A stretch of 64,000 nt of DNA, from NCBI GenBank assembly GCA_040357565.1, contig JBDODJ010000004.1, one strand, 5' to 3'. Origin of the DNA: Cercozoa sp. M6MM (lineage: Eukaryota > Protista > Endomyxa: Ascetosporea). The notes beneath the pieces were generated by a model, which saw only the letters and a program-made list of their open reading frames with translations, had not been told where the DNA came from and ran no database searches. How positions within the stretch are numbered: the stretch's first letter is position 1; the number at the start of each line of letters is the position of its first letter. Shown piece after piece: positions 45,431-60,821 of this stretch. Both the position numbers and the translations under genes were made by a program.

Positions 45431-47220
45431 ATGGAGTCGTTGAGCGATTTTGAAGTGAAGCGATCGCTTGGCGCAGGAGCGTAAACTGCGCACAGTTCCT
45501 GTTTGATTGTGCTTGAAAAGATTCACCATTGTCTATGGGCGTAGTTCGGGACGCGTGATAGCAGCGGTGAATCGACACGATGGACGCACTTACGCAATCA
45601 AGCAAGTGCCGATCACGGATGCGACGTCGTGTAAACTAAACGCGTTGTTAAACGAGGTTCGCTTGCTTGCATCGGTTCGTGATGCTCACGTGCTCGAGTA
45701 CTATGCAAGCTTCGTGCATGAAGAAGAGATCATTGTCAGGAGTAAAGGAAAGAACACAAAGCCGACAAGCAGCAAATCAAGCGAAATCAGCAAGACACTG
45801 TGCATGGTGTTTGAGCTCGCAGCAGGGTCGCTTGAGGACGTGTGGACTGAACTGCTATCGCGCAAACAGCGGCTTGACGAAGCATGTGTGTGGCGCGTGC
45901 TGGCGCACACACTGCGCGGATTGCGCGCACTGCATCAGCATAACATCGCGCATCGGGACCTCAAGCCTGCCAACATCTTGTTCTCCGTGAGTGACGATGC
46001 AGATGAGTCTGCTGACCTGCAAGCTGTTACATTCAAGCTGGCTGATCTCGGCACTGCCACACGCCGTCGCGACATCAACAGCCGCACTCGCAGGCTCGTT
46101 GGCACGCCATACTTCATCGCACCCGAGATCTGGAGACACGAACCTCCAACGCTAGCGTCTGACATTTGGTCATTGGTAACTCACATCCTTTGCGCGGTGA
46201 CTTCTTTCGTACATAACACTTTACCTTATGTCAATCTTGCATACAGGGAGTCATGGCATGGCAGCTCGTGTTCTGTCGTATGCCATTCGACCTGCGCAGT
46301 GCCGATCGTGCCAAGTGTCGTAGCCGGCGCGAGCGCATCTATGCCGTGGGTGAGCTGATTCGAGACGAGTCCTATCACCTGCGAATGCCTAGTGAGGTGG
46401 CACGCAATGTCAGCGAGCCGCTCAAGCAGCTGCTGACGACATGCTTGCAGCGCGACAAAACGAAGCGACCGACCGTCGATGAGCTGCTGCGCACTCCCGA
46501 GATTGCACGTATCAATCAAGTCGTTGTTGAGGGTACACCACGATTTGTTCTCGGTGGCACTTTCCCTTTCGCCGTTACCGTATTTTGTGCCCAGAAAAAC
46601 CTCGACCAAGTCTGCCAAATCTCCACAAGCTCGAGCAGCTGCTGACGCGACGACGTGGCGTCGCGAAGCAGCCAAGTGCAGCGGATCCAAGCGCCTCCAG
46701 CTTGTTGCAGGTCCCAGTGCCCAATAATTTCGGGCAACAACGCTCGCGACTCATCGGCAGCATCGTGGTGAACTCAGTGAGGGACCTACACGACCTCGAG
46801 CTGCCACAACGACTACCGCGCTCACTGGCGACCCTAAACGCGCACATTATCGAAGAGGAAGACGAAGCCCAAGAAAACGATACTTACGACTGCTCTGAAC
46901 CCGAAAGCTCGCAGCACTCTCGCAAGCACTGCAGTGACAAATCAACCTTTCAGACAAGTCAGCAGCGCACTCCTGCCAGCGACAGTTCCACAAAGCAAAG
47001 TGGTTCCGATAAAAAACGAAGCAGTTCTCGCCGCCAACTCGCCGCGAGACGGCGTTTCTACTCGCCCGATGCTACGCCTGCCACCAGTCAACTAAACACC
47101 AACGATAGGGACAATGTCGGTATTCCTGTCGGCAACTGCAACGTGCAAACTCACCGCCGGCGCTCGCCTTTCCTGCTAGTGCGAATATGGCGCAAACTCA
47201 AGGGCAACGTCAGTTCTTAG
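45431..47220 (+). CDS. Ser/Thr protein kinase, NEK-like
   Basis: MESLSDFEVKRSLGAGA|SGRV, YAIK, ALLNEVRLLASV, HRDLKPANIL, KLADLG, GTPYFIAPEIW, SDIWSL|G, KRPTVDELL. Confidence 0.9.
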
Positions 47221-47642
47221 TTCCTTACTCTCGTATTCTCTTCCAGGTCTAAATCTCGCTCGTGTAGAAATATCTCCAAATACGAGGCTCATTCCTATCG
47301 TCGATACTGAAAAATGGAAACTCGTATGCATCATGTCAGTCGAGTCTGGCTGAGTGAGATAGGATCGGATGATTGGAGAGCTCGGCTATTTCTAGTCCCG
47401 TCTAAAGCGAAAGAGTAGAGACAACAACTGAACTAACCAGATGCAAACTGAATAACACTGAAACCCGACCGTACGGACCATCGGACGCGACGTGAACATT
47501 TAAAATCACTGGCAAGCGAACTGAAGTTCGGGCGGGTGTCTGGGGGGCTTCAGTTCAGATCGCCATGGGGAATATTTCTTTGATTTTTAGAGCGTGTGCC
47601 GTAAGAGTGTGTGCGTGCGTGACTGTGACTGTGATTGTGTGT

Positions 47643-47692
<50 letters not shown>

Positions 47693-47709
47693 GGCGTGAC
47701 TTTGCGCAC

Positions 47710-48121
47710 TCAGTTGTTGCGCGAGGCGGTGTCCTGCGTGTTGTACAGCAGCAGCTTGTCGATGAGATCGACGTGCGTCAGCAGCATTCGGCGGCAACAG
47801 TAGCGACGCATCTTCATCTCGTCGAGCGCCTCACTGCGACAATCAAAGGCCAGTAACACAGTGACCAAAGTTATATATACATATATACACATCACATGCA
47901 CGCACGAACACAGCGCATAAGCACAACACAGTCTGGAGTGAGTCCCAATTGGTACCCAGCAGACAGGCCTTCCTGCATCAACTTTTCGTAGGCCTCCCAC
48001 TTATCGCCGACGAGCTTGCCGCACGTGAAACCTGTCATCGGTAACACAAAATCGTGATTGACGAATGTCGACAAAAAGTCCGGTAGAATAATCACAACAT
48101 ACAGCGGACGGGAATGATCAT
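47710..48121 (-). CDS. RPB10: RNA polymerase I/II/III subunit RPABC5 (RPB10), 3 exons
   Basis: MIIPVRC|[21 protein letters not shown]...[31 protein letters not shown]. Confidence 0.97.
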
Positions 48122-48270
48122 GTTGACGTGTTCTGGTACGTGTTCGGTATTCTACACGGGCACACGAGTACAACAGGGGTCACCGCAAGCGTGACGAGGA
48201 GCGTTATTTTGACTCGGCGCTCCGGCCACCTGCATAGTGGCTACGAACGCCCAAAATCAGAGCGCGCACG

Positions 48271-51216
<2,946 letters not shown>

Positions 51217-51479
51217 AGCGGTTTAACCTGCGCCGTACCGTGCACGTGACTATCCAAACGGCCCCGGATGGCGTTGCACGGCGGGTTCAAGTCGCGTCGC
51301 GTCTATCAAGTCCGCATTGGTACTAGGTTACGTTAACGTTCGTTACTTATGTTAAAATTATCCTAGTTCGGTTTCATTTCGTTTCAAAGTTCAGTTAACG
51401 TCAGGTAGATGATCGGTATTAACCAACTCACTACAATTTGGACTTGCGTCCGAATTACACCCCATCGGGCAGACTCGGA

Positions 51480-53403
51480 TCAGGTAGGGTCCATCCGGAC
51501 AAAAGGCGGTGGTCGGGGCAGGAGAGTGTTGATCTTGCGCAAATCGTCAAGCACGGCGTCGATGGCAGCGTCGAGTAGCGCGACGTTGGCGCCGTGACCT
51601 GCGATGTGATGCCGGCGGTGCGCCCATTCGGCTTTGGTGACCTGGACCACGACACGCTTTTTGGCGAGGCCTGTACAAGCAAGTAGAAGGTGTGTGAAAG
51701 GCGAAAGTGATGTGCGAAAGAATCAAACAAGAAAGGCACCATGTTTCTCATGCACAGAGAAGGAGATGGGCCAATCGAGCGATGCCATCGGTCGCGTTCG
51801 CAGCATTGGTGACATGGCATCGTGCATCATCACACTCACCTGGTCACAGGGAGGAGGGACTGAACAGGGAGAACTAAAGCAAGATGGGAAACTACTTTGC
51901 TGAAAGGTAGAGTCGGTGGCTCGACAAAGAAATGCAGATGCAGTTCCGTGAAGCCGTGTTTTTCCAGCGATGATTTTAGTTGTTCCGCGACCTTTCCACG
52001 CAGAGATAGATGCAGATACTAATCGAAGGAAGGAGTAAGAATATAAGATACCAGCGCGATGCAGGAGGTGCAGTCAAACACAACATCCTCAATACCTTCT
52101 ACAGGTGGTTGATCGTTGACGTTGCGCGAGTTTGCCGGCGGTGGTACAACGAGACTGTCGTTTTCAACATTCGCCATGTGCGACAAAGGCGGGTACCCAG
52201 CAATGTCTTTGGCCAAGCCGAGCATCATTTTCTAGACACATACCACGCATAGACTTCCCTCAATACATAAAACACAGGGACAGTGTACTCCAATGGCCGA
52301 GTAGGCCGAGGTATACTCTGAATGGTGCCGTTTCTGCATCCAGGAAGTGTCGAAAATGGCCACCTGCACCTTGCGGAACTGCTTGTCACGTGTCACTGCA
52401 ATCCGCTGAGGCAGCTCGCTGCACTCACACCACACACTCATATTTTGTTGTTAGGCACTCCTTCACACAGACGACGATACACCAGCACCGACTGCCGATC
52501 CAGGATAAGTTGCCGCGTCGTTGGTCCAGCAAATCTGCACGCCACACCATCAGTCAGAAACGAAAAATGAGTAGTCACACACAACGAAAGCAGAAGGAAA
52601 ACTCACTTGACGTAGGCTACTGTGGCCAGAACGGTTCCATCGAAGGAATCTCTGGCCGCGATCGACAGCGAGTGACTTGACTATACACACAGTTCAATCA
52701 GTCAGCTAGACAGCTACTGGGAGATGCAACTATTAACAGTCAGCTTGTGCACCAAAAAACTGGACCGTTCGAGTATTTGCTGCATGCGTGTCACGGTTTC
52801 GTCGAATGTATACAATGAGTCGAGTACAACGACACCGTCGCTGTGTATTCTTGTCTGCACAATCGCAGTGCGATATAATTGCTTGATGACAGACGTTCAA
52901 TTTTTACCACTTCAGACGGCAGTAGTGACACCAAAATAATGACAAAGATTGAAGTGGCAAACACGTAGGCCAGCACACGGCCAGTTCTCATCTGCACAGA
53001 CCTTGTTGAAACCACACAGACACGACACAGCGATACACAGACATCTGGAATCATCAGCACCCAGGGAAAAGAAACACCAACACACTGACCAAATGGTAGC
53101 CGCAAGAGATTTAAAGCTTTCCTACATAACAGGTGGTTTCTTTCTTTTTTATTTTTCTTCGTTGGCGCCTTCGCGTGTCACCATAAATGTCCTTGTGGTT
53201 ATCATCGCTGAATATTCTCAGCTCGGAGGCGCCTGCGCGATTGATACTGTAGCTGTGCCCAGTGTCATCCTGCAGTAGCGGCCAACTTGGTGATCGATGC
53301 TTCTTCCTTGGACCGTTGCTGCCCTCCTGGACAAGGCAAAGCAGTGAACTCGCACATTCAGTCAATCTAAAATTGCTAATACCTCGGGTGCCAAGCGACC
53401 CAT
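51480..53403 (-). CDS. Membrane-anchored protein with two DUF302-like domains, multi-exon
   Basis: TM VLAYVFATSIFVIILVSLL; domain 1 LDSLYTFDETVTRMQQILE...ELPQRIAVTRDKQFRKVQVAIFDTSWMQKRH; domain 2 VAEQLKSSLEKHGF...SPMLRTRPMASLDWPISFSVHE...VVVQVTKAEWAHRRHHI...LDAAIDAVL. Confidence 0.65.
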
Positions 53404-53665
53404 GTGTGCGTGCACACGTGCCAGTCTCTTCGCACTGTCAGGGGTGGTGCTGAATGTTTAAGAAGCGCGAAAGCAAGTTCGGGTGATTGGAGTGAACTTG
53501 ACCTCCTTGATCATTGTCAAAAATTAAACTGACCCGTTTCAAACCGATCAAAACAGAATTTTTATTTATCAACCAAAAAAAGACGATGACGTTTTGTGCC
53601 ACCTTTAGAGTAGCACTACCCTATCCATAATTGAGTTTGAATATCGTCTGGCGCGCGTCAGTGTC

Positions 53666-56265
53666 ATGGCAGGTCGGGGCCCTAGAGCGAAGAAACGCAC
53701 GAAATCGCAACGTCATCGCAAGCATCGCGCCGACTGCTGCACTACAGGCGTTGGACAGCAGATCGGTCACTGCAAAGTTGTTCTGACGGATGACGCAGGT
53801 CGGTGAGTGCTTCTCAATGCCGTATGACCGATTGACCCATCAGAAAAAAATGACGTGCCGGTGTTGTGTTTCGATCAATCCAGAGGCTGCATTGCATCGA
53901 AAGATTTCGGGGCTGGGGAAATCGTCTTTGAAGATACACCGTACGTCGTAGTCGTGCGCCGCCAATTTGCATTACGAGCTTGCGCACGCTGCCTAGAATG
54001 GTTGCCTTCCGATAAGCACACTTCCTCTGAACAAGCCTGTTTGCACTCTGTTGCACAGGTAAAATTCACTTTTCTCTGTTCAGTTGTGGGCAGCGTTATG
54101 TGTTGCAGTGCAGTATTATGTGTTGCGAGGTTGCAGGAAGCAGCGCTGCGGTTCAAAGGCGAAGCCACGGAAACACTCGCACGCCTACTTTGTGACGGCT
54201 TTGTACACTAATCGATTCCGTATAGGTGTTCCAGGAGGCAATGGATGGTTGTGCTGCTACACAGAGGTACTGCGCGGGGTGCCTGCAACACCCCGAGAGC
54301 GAAACACGCTGTCGGTTTTTGACAATGTTCTGCATCATCCTTGGAATTCGGCACGGCCTCGTTTTGAGTGGGTTTTCCTTAGGCTTTTGTTATTTGTTTT
54401 TGCTGTGTTGTTTTTTGTTGTTGTTGACAATGTGTGTGTGTGTCGTTGCCTCGTGTTGAGTGGTGTTTCCTCCATGTCGGGTTTCCCTCAGTTGTGTTGT
54501 AAACCGAGAATACGTAGACTCAAGTACCAATGACGACAAGTACACTGGAATCATTTCACTGGACGAAGCACTGCTGCTCGCCTTGGCGCAGTACTGCTCG
54601 CAGCCCAATAACGAGCAGATTGACACACTGCAGACACACCAAGAAGGGGTACTAGTAGACACAGTCATACACTTCGTGCTTGTTCGCCGATTTTGCTACG
54701 TGCAGGTGGACAAGGCGTTGTTGGATGTGCTTAAAGCAACTCAATGCGACTTTGCACGCGTCTTTTCGCTCAAGGAAAATAAGAGCGTTGTGCGTTTCGT
54801 CTTGCAGGTAAGTAAACTTACGCTTTTTCGTTGACGTGTGTTCAGTTGTTTCTTTTCCACTCGGAGGCGTTTGTGTAAGTAGATGAACGTGAACGCGCAC
54901 GGAATGATGCCGCGTGCACCGCTCGATGCCGAAAACTACGACATGCCAAGGAACGTCGACGTTGCCGTTGGCTTGTTTCCTTTCGTTCCGCTGCTCAACC
55001 ATTCCTGTGGTACCACCGCACCTTGTTTGTTTCTGTGTGTGTGCGCGCGCACGCGCGTGTGTGTCTGTATGCAACAAGCGTATGCACCCGCGCGTGCTTA
55101 GCACCCAATGCCGTCTTCCAGAACACGGGTGGTCGCAAGATGCAGGTGCGTACGGTGCGACATGTGTCCACTGGCACTCCTGTTTGTGTGAGTTACATCG
55201 ACACTGCTCGCAGAAAGCGCACAAGACAGTAGGGTTCATTTACCAAAAGGATGGGGGAGGGAGTATGGAGACCCTATGTGGTGCAGGAAGGACCTGAAAC
55301 AAACCAAGTTCTTCAACTGCCATTGCGAGCGTTGCCGCTTGTCGTTCTCGCACGCCGATTTGTCATTTGTGCCACCTAAGAAGGTATCTTCCCTTTTACA
55401 CAACAGGATATCTTCATGTACTTCATCCTCTTGTGTACAGAGCTTTAACGAAACCAGTTCGGACACTGTCCGCGCGTGTCTGCGCAGTGCCGATGCCTGT
55501 CTGTCCAGTGTGCGGTGCCCGCACTGCAGTGCCTCCATGCTGCCTCCGTCGCCCCAACGCAAACCTGTCGTACGCACTATAGCATACCTTTCAGTTTCGG
55601 GGTGGCTTCCTTGAGTGCTACAACAAAACCTGTCCCTGTCTTAGTGTCCCACCTGCCGCAAAAAAATCGACACCAAGAAGATCTTGAGCGACATCACGCT
55701 GGCTGAGCAGCTGGTGGATCAGGGTATCGTTTCACATATTCAACAAATGTACCCGGGTCTCGCTCAAGTCAGGTGATGATGCGCATGTCTTGACTAGGCG
55801 AAAGGTACTACGCGATGCGACAGCTGCAGGCGTCGATCGATACCTTTGAAGCTGTGATGGCACGAACCTGTTTGGATCCGCTCCACGAACTTTCGATGTA
55901 CACCTCCATACCGAGATCAGTTCGAGAGTGATTTCTCATGTTGCTGCAGTGCCGCGAGTGCGCGTCTCGTGAATTTGTACGCCGCTGCTGATCGCAAGAC
56001 CGACGAGCTTCGTGCTGCTTTGTAAATTTTATACACTCGACCTACAACTGACTCTGCCCGACTTCGGAATCATCGGGATGTCTGGATCGTTGATTGATTT
56101 AGGCACCTGATGCACGCATTGCGCCGTGTCCATGCGCCTTGCGCTTCGGCCGAAGTTGCACTCTTTGCAGAGCACGCACTTTCCCTGTTGGACAAAGTCA
56201 GCGCCGACGACCCTGTGCGTGCCGAGTGCGAAGCCGTTCGCGCCGAGTGGGAAACGAGAAATTGA
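53666..56265 (+). CDS. SMYD-type SET/MYND lysine methyltransferase, multi-exon
   Basis: GRGCIASKDFGAGEIVFEDTPY, CARC zinc knuckle, GLFPFVPLLNHSC|APNA, VCVSYID, FFNCHCERC post-SET. Confidence 0.88.
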
Positions 56266-56582
56266 CCCCGATGACATTGAGATTGGTCAGATGTCTAGTT
56301 AGATAGCAATCAGTGCTCAGGGCTGTGAAATCAGTGTTTTTAGTCGTAGCATCGTGAACGCGCCAGAACGGCCCAGTGGGCGTTGGTGGCAATGGCGAGA
56401 CATCTTTTGTGTTTTGAGCTTTTTGCAGCCGAAGAAATCTCCATACATTACAATAGTTTTGTACTTACAAATGACGTTACGTTAGTCGGTTCTAAGCCAC
56501 TCGGAATGAATCAACCCATCAACTGGAGAAGACGAGACCCCCGAGTCAAGCCGAGTCGAGCCGAGCCGCGAGTCATGATCAT

Positions 56583-58617
56583 TTAGTGAAAGACGAGCGA
56601 TCCATCAGAAGCGACGTGGCACAGTACAGTGTCACTGTCGACCTGCACTGTCATGACGGGCGCCTGTGTGCCACTCACCAGCACATCGGCCTGGCCGCGG
56701 AACTGGAGACCGTCCAGCTGGCGCACACACGGCAGCACAGTACCCCGGTTGAACAGGAGTTGCTTGTCCTCACCCAGACGCAGCGATACACTGACCGGCA
56801 AGGTCGGCACAGTCGCCGTCTCGGTCGTCTTGCTGGCAGCTACCGAGGAGTGACGCGACAACCACTCGCCCAGCACGGCAGCGCCGCGTGCCGCCGTTTC
56901 TTCGGCGTCGTTTTGCACCATGACATTCTGCAAATCAAGGCATGGACAAACACACAGAGACAAATATGGCAGGGGTACGGCATCCATGAAGTGCTGCTGC
57001 AGCGCACGCTTCACGGACGGCAAGTTGGCGGCACCGCCGGCCAGGAGCACACTACGCCCAGAAAACAAGGATGATAGACACTGTATACCCACAAGAATCC
57101 TACCGGTCAGGTGAGATGCCATGCTTGGACAGCAAAGCGTCAGCACCTCGACGGACCTTGACGACGTAGTCCGACACCATGTTCTGCACATATCAACAGT
57201 GTGTTAACTGCTTCTCATTGACTCAAACATTGATTCTATCATGAGAAAAAAAGCAACTGACATCGAAACGACCGCCAGAAATACGACACTGGAACGGCAC
57301 ACCATCGGCCAGCGAGTCCACCTAAAAGAGTTTCAGATAAACACACGTGCTCACACGAATAGTCACACCATGATACCGAAACCAGCGACTCGGCCGAACG
57401 TGCGAGAGCATGGCGTGCCCTGCGGGCCTCTTTCCTCAACTGCAAAGATACTCCAGTGTCCTCGCCAAAGGCCGAAGGTTAACAGAGAGCAGAGAGTACC
57501 AAAGCGAGCGAGCGCGGACGGTCGTCGATGTCAGCGATGCGCGACGGTGCCTGGCGTGCCTTGCGTGCCATGAAACGCACCAGCGCATCGTCCAGATCGC
57601 TGTCGATGCTGACGTCCAACGTTGTGGAATCCTACACATCACCGATATCTGTACAATACCCTTCCCAGATAGGACACAAGCAGAGGAGGTACAATGTGAC
57701 GCAATGTGCCGGCAGGAAAACGCGACAAGAGTGAAACACAAGTACGCGAGTGTGCCATGTCTATCACGAGGCAGTGCTCCTGCTGCCGGCCTTCGCTCTG
57801 GTCGAGACCATGTGCCACGCAAATGGCGACACTGTCGCGCACCGTGTGACGCACGTCCCATCTGCACACGTACAGTGTACACAGGTGAGCAACTCTCCTG
57901 TATCGACAGTGTGGTGCGGTACCCTGCCTCGTTGGCAGCCTCCAGCAGCAGCTGCCGCCGAGTCGAGCACTCGCTCACATAGGTCGGCAGCACGAGCACA
58001 CAGGCACGCGGCGGCGACAGGTGCAGGAACTCGTCGGTGTAGGAGCGCACGTGCTGCAGCAAATGGCATGCGGCTTGACGCATCGTCAGCGTCGTCGTGA
58101 CGCCTAAGTGGGTAGGTTTAGTCAGTGCACACATACCACAAACACAAGAATAGTACAGAGATACCGTTGGGTTGCCTGAGACCCACTTGCAGATCACCGT
58201 CACTTTCTTCCAGTTGAACCTAGTGTGGCGCAGTACTTGTATAAGGACTGACATTGCAAAATGTGTGCGTGCGAGTACCTTCATGCCACGACGCCACCTG
58301 GGATGCACATCCGACACTGAGGACGTTCCCAGCAGCGGCAAAACGTGGCGCAGCGTGTTGCGCAAATTCTTGTGCGATCGCTGTTCGGCACTCTCCGCCA
58401 GCAACTAAAAGCAACGAAAGGTAAACCTTTCGCGGCCAAGGTGGCAGCACGACAGTACCAAGTGGTCAGAGCCCTCGTGCGTCGGCGTAGCCACGGCAAG
58501 TACGGTGCTACGCATGCCCGTCTTGTTCGCAATCACAAGCGGCGTCGGCCGCTGCGGCTGCAGAACAGCCACCTTGGCGGCGAAGGCACCAAAGTCCAGA
58601 CCAACGATCTGTTCCAT
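56583..58617 (-). CDS. Atypical Hsp70, HSPA14/Ssz1-like, lacking the C-terminal lid
   Basis: IVGLDFGAFAAKVAV, IANKTGMRST, LLEAANEAGY, AICVAHGLDQ..CLVIDMA, EARRARHAL, VLLAGGAANLPSVK, EETAARGAAV, LFNRGTVLP. Confidence 0.75.
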
Positions 58618-58897
58618 AACGATGTCGCGACCTGCCATCAAGGAAAAAATGTACTGTGGCCACAAACTAATTCAATATGTTGTATTTCTGCAGCCCTTTA
58701 CCTAAAATATGCACAATACACAAGTGTGCGCACACTCGCAGACTGGAAAGCCGTTTTATATTGTCCAAACATGTACAGGACGGGTCAAACCGGTGCTCAT
58801 CAATACAATATTAAGTAAATGCCGTCCGGATGGACAAAGCAACAAAGCAAGGAGCGCGCGCGCTGCATCACGTTTATTGGTGCTGTGTGCATTGGGT

Positions 58898-60784
58898 ATG
58901 ACAGACGAAGAGAGTGCTGCAAGCAACGAGCCAGACAATGTGCAGAAGCGTCAATCCTCTTCCCGGATTGTGGCTGCGAGCCTTGAGGTACGGAGAACTC
59001 GTTTTCAGGCTGTGTGGACCTGTTGCTTTGGGCAGTTGTTGTTTTTTTCTGGAGTTTTTGCGTTGTTTCGTGTATTGCGTGTCCGATCACTTTCGATGGC
59101 TCGTTTTCGCCAACTTGCAAATTGTTGGGTGATCGATCAAAATCTTTGGCCAGCTCGCGTGCTGTTTGTTCAACCTGTTGCATTGTTCAACCTGTTGCAT
59201 TGCCTCCAGCCCTGATGTTGTCGTGGCATTTCAGTGATTTCCTTTTGCGATAGTTGTTGTTTTTTTGTCCCGACCTGCTCAATTTCTGTTACTTTGTGCA
59301 GATGAAGAACCAGATGGAGCTTGACCAGCGCAAGCCGGAGAAGTCCAAGTCTGCCGATGCCGAAGAGAGCAAGACGCGTGCCTACGACACGAACGCTCAT
59401 CGCATGACGCTCGACGAGCTAGCCGAGGAGTACCAGTGCAACCTGACCGACGGTCTCGACGAGAAGAAGGTCGAGGAGGTCCGCGCCATTTGGGGTGAGA
59501 ACCGTCTCACGCCCAAGGCCGGCAAGAACGCCTTCATCAAGTGGGCCGAGCAGGTGCACCCTCTGTCTTGCCTTCAGTATCCCTCTGTAGTCGTGTTGTT
59601 TCACAGGTGTTTGGTGGTTTCTTCAACGTGCTGCTCTGGGTGGGCTCCGTGATCTCGATCGTGGCCTACATCATTGACGAGAACAAGGACAAGTCGAACC
59701 TCTACATCGGTATCGTGCTGGCGATCGTGGTGCTCATCACGGGCACCTTCTCGTACTTCCAAGAGTCCAAGTCGGATGCTATCATGGAGTCGTTCAAGGC
59801 CATGGCCCCTGAGGCCGTGTCGGTCATTCGTGACAACGGCACGCAGAAGCTCATGGACCCGTCGTGCCTGGTGCCTGGTGACCTCGTCGAGATCAAGGCC
59901 GGTGACCGCCTGCCTGCTGACATGCGTGTTATCGAGTCGTACGACATGAAGGTGCCTGCCCCCCCCCCCCCCCCCAACAATACATGGACCAACCCTTGCA
60001 TCGGTTTGTATGTGTGTGTGCGCTGACAGGTGAACAACTCGTCGCTCACGGGCGAGCCGGACGCGCTGCTGCGCACTGTCGAGATGACGGACGAGCTGCC
60101 GATGGAGACGGGCAACCTCGCCTTCTTCGGTACCACGTGCGAGAATGGCCGCGGCCGCGGTATCATCATCAACACGGGTGACAACACGCTCATGGGCCGC
60201 ATCGCCAAGTTCGCCGACGACGCCCAGGCCGCTGAGACGCCGATCAACCGCGAGATTCGTCTGTTCGTGCTGCGTATTTCGGGTGTCGCTATCTTCCTCG
60301 GTGTGCTGTTCCTCATCATCGGCTTCGCCATCGGCAACTCGTGGATCGACAACATCATCTTCATCATCGGTATCATTGTGGCCAACGTGCCCGAGGGTCT
60401 GCTGGCCACGGTGACGGTGTCGCTCACGCTGACGGCACAGCGCATGGCGCACAAGCAGGTGCTCGTGAAGAACCTCGAGGCCGTCGAGACGCTCGGCTCG
60501 ACGTCGGTGATCTGCTCGGACAAGACGGGCACGCTCACGCGCAACGTCATGACGGTGGCGCACTGCTTCTACAACGTGACGCCCTTCGAGTGCGACACGA
60601 GCGGTGGTGACAAGGGCACCTTCGACACGAGCGACGAGTCCTTCCGCCGCCTGGTGCGCGTCTCATCGCTGTGCAACAACGCCAAGTACACAGACGAGGG
60701 CAAGATCGTCGGCGACGCCTCCGAGACGGCGCTGCTCAAGTTCTCTACGCCGCAGCTCAACAACGACGTGCAGGGTGCTTCATC

Positions 60785-60821
<37 letters not shown>

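Noticed and set aside
51260-51305. tRNA suggested by GGTTCAAGTC
   Set aside because: No cloverleaf, A-box or acceptor stem; part of the AsnRS 3' UTR hairpin.
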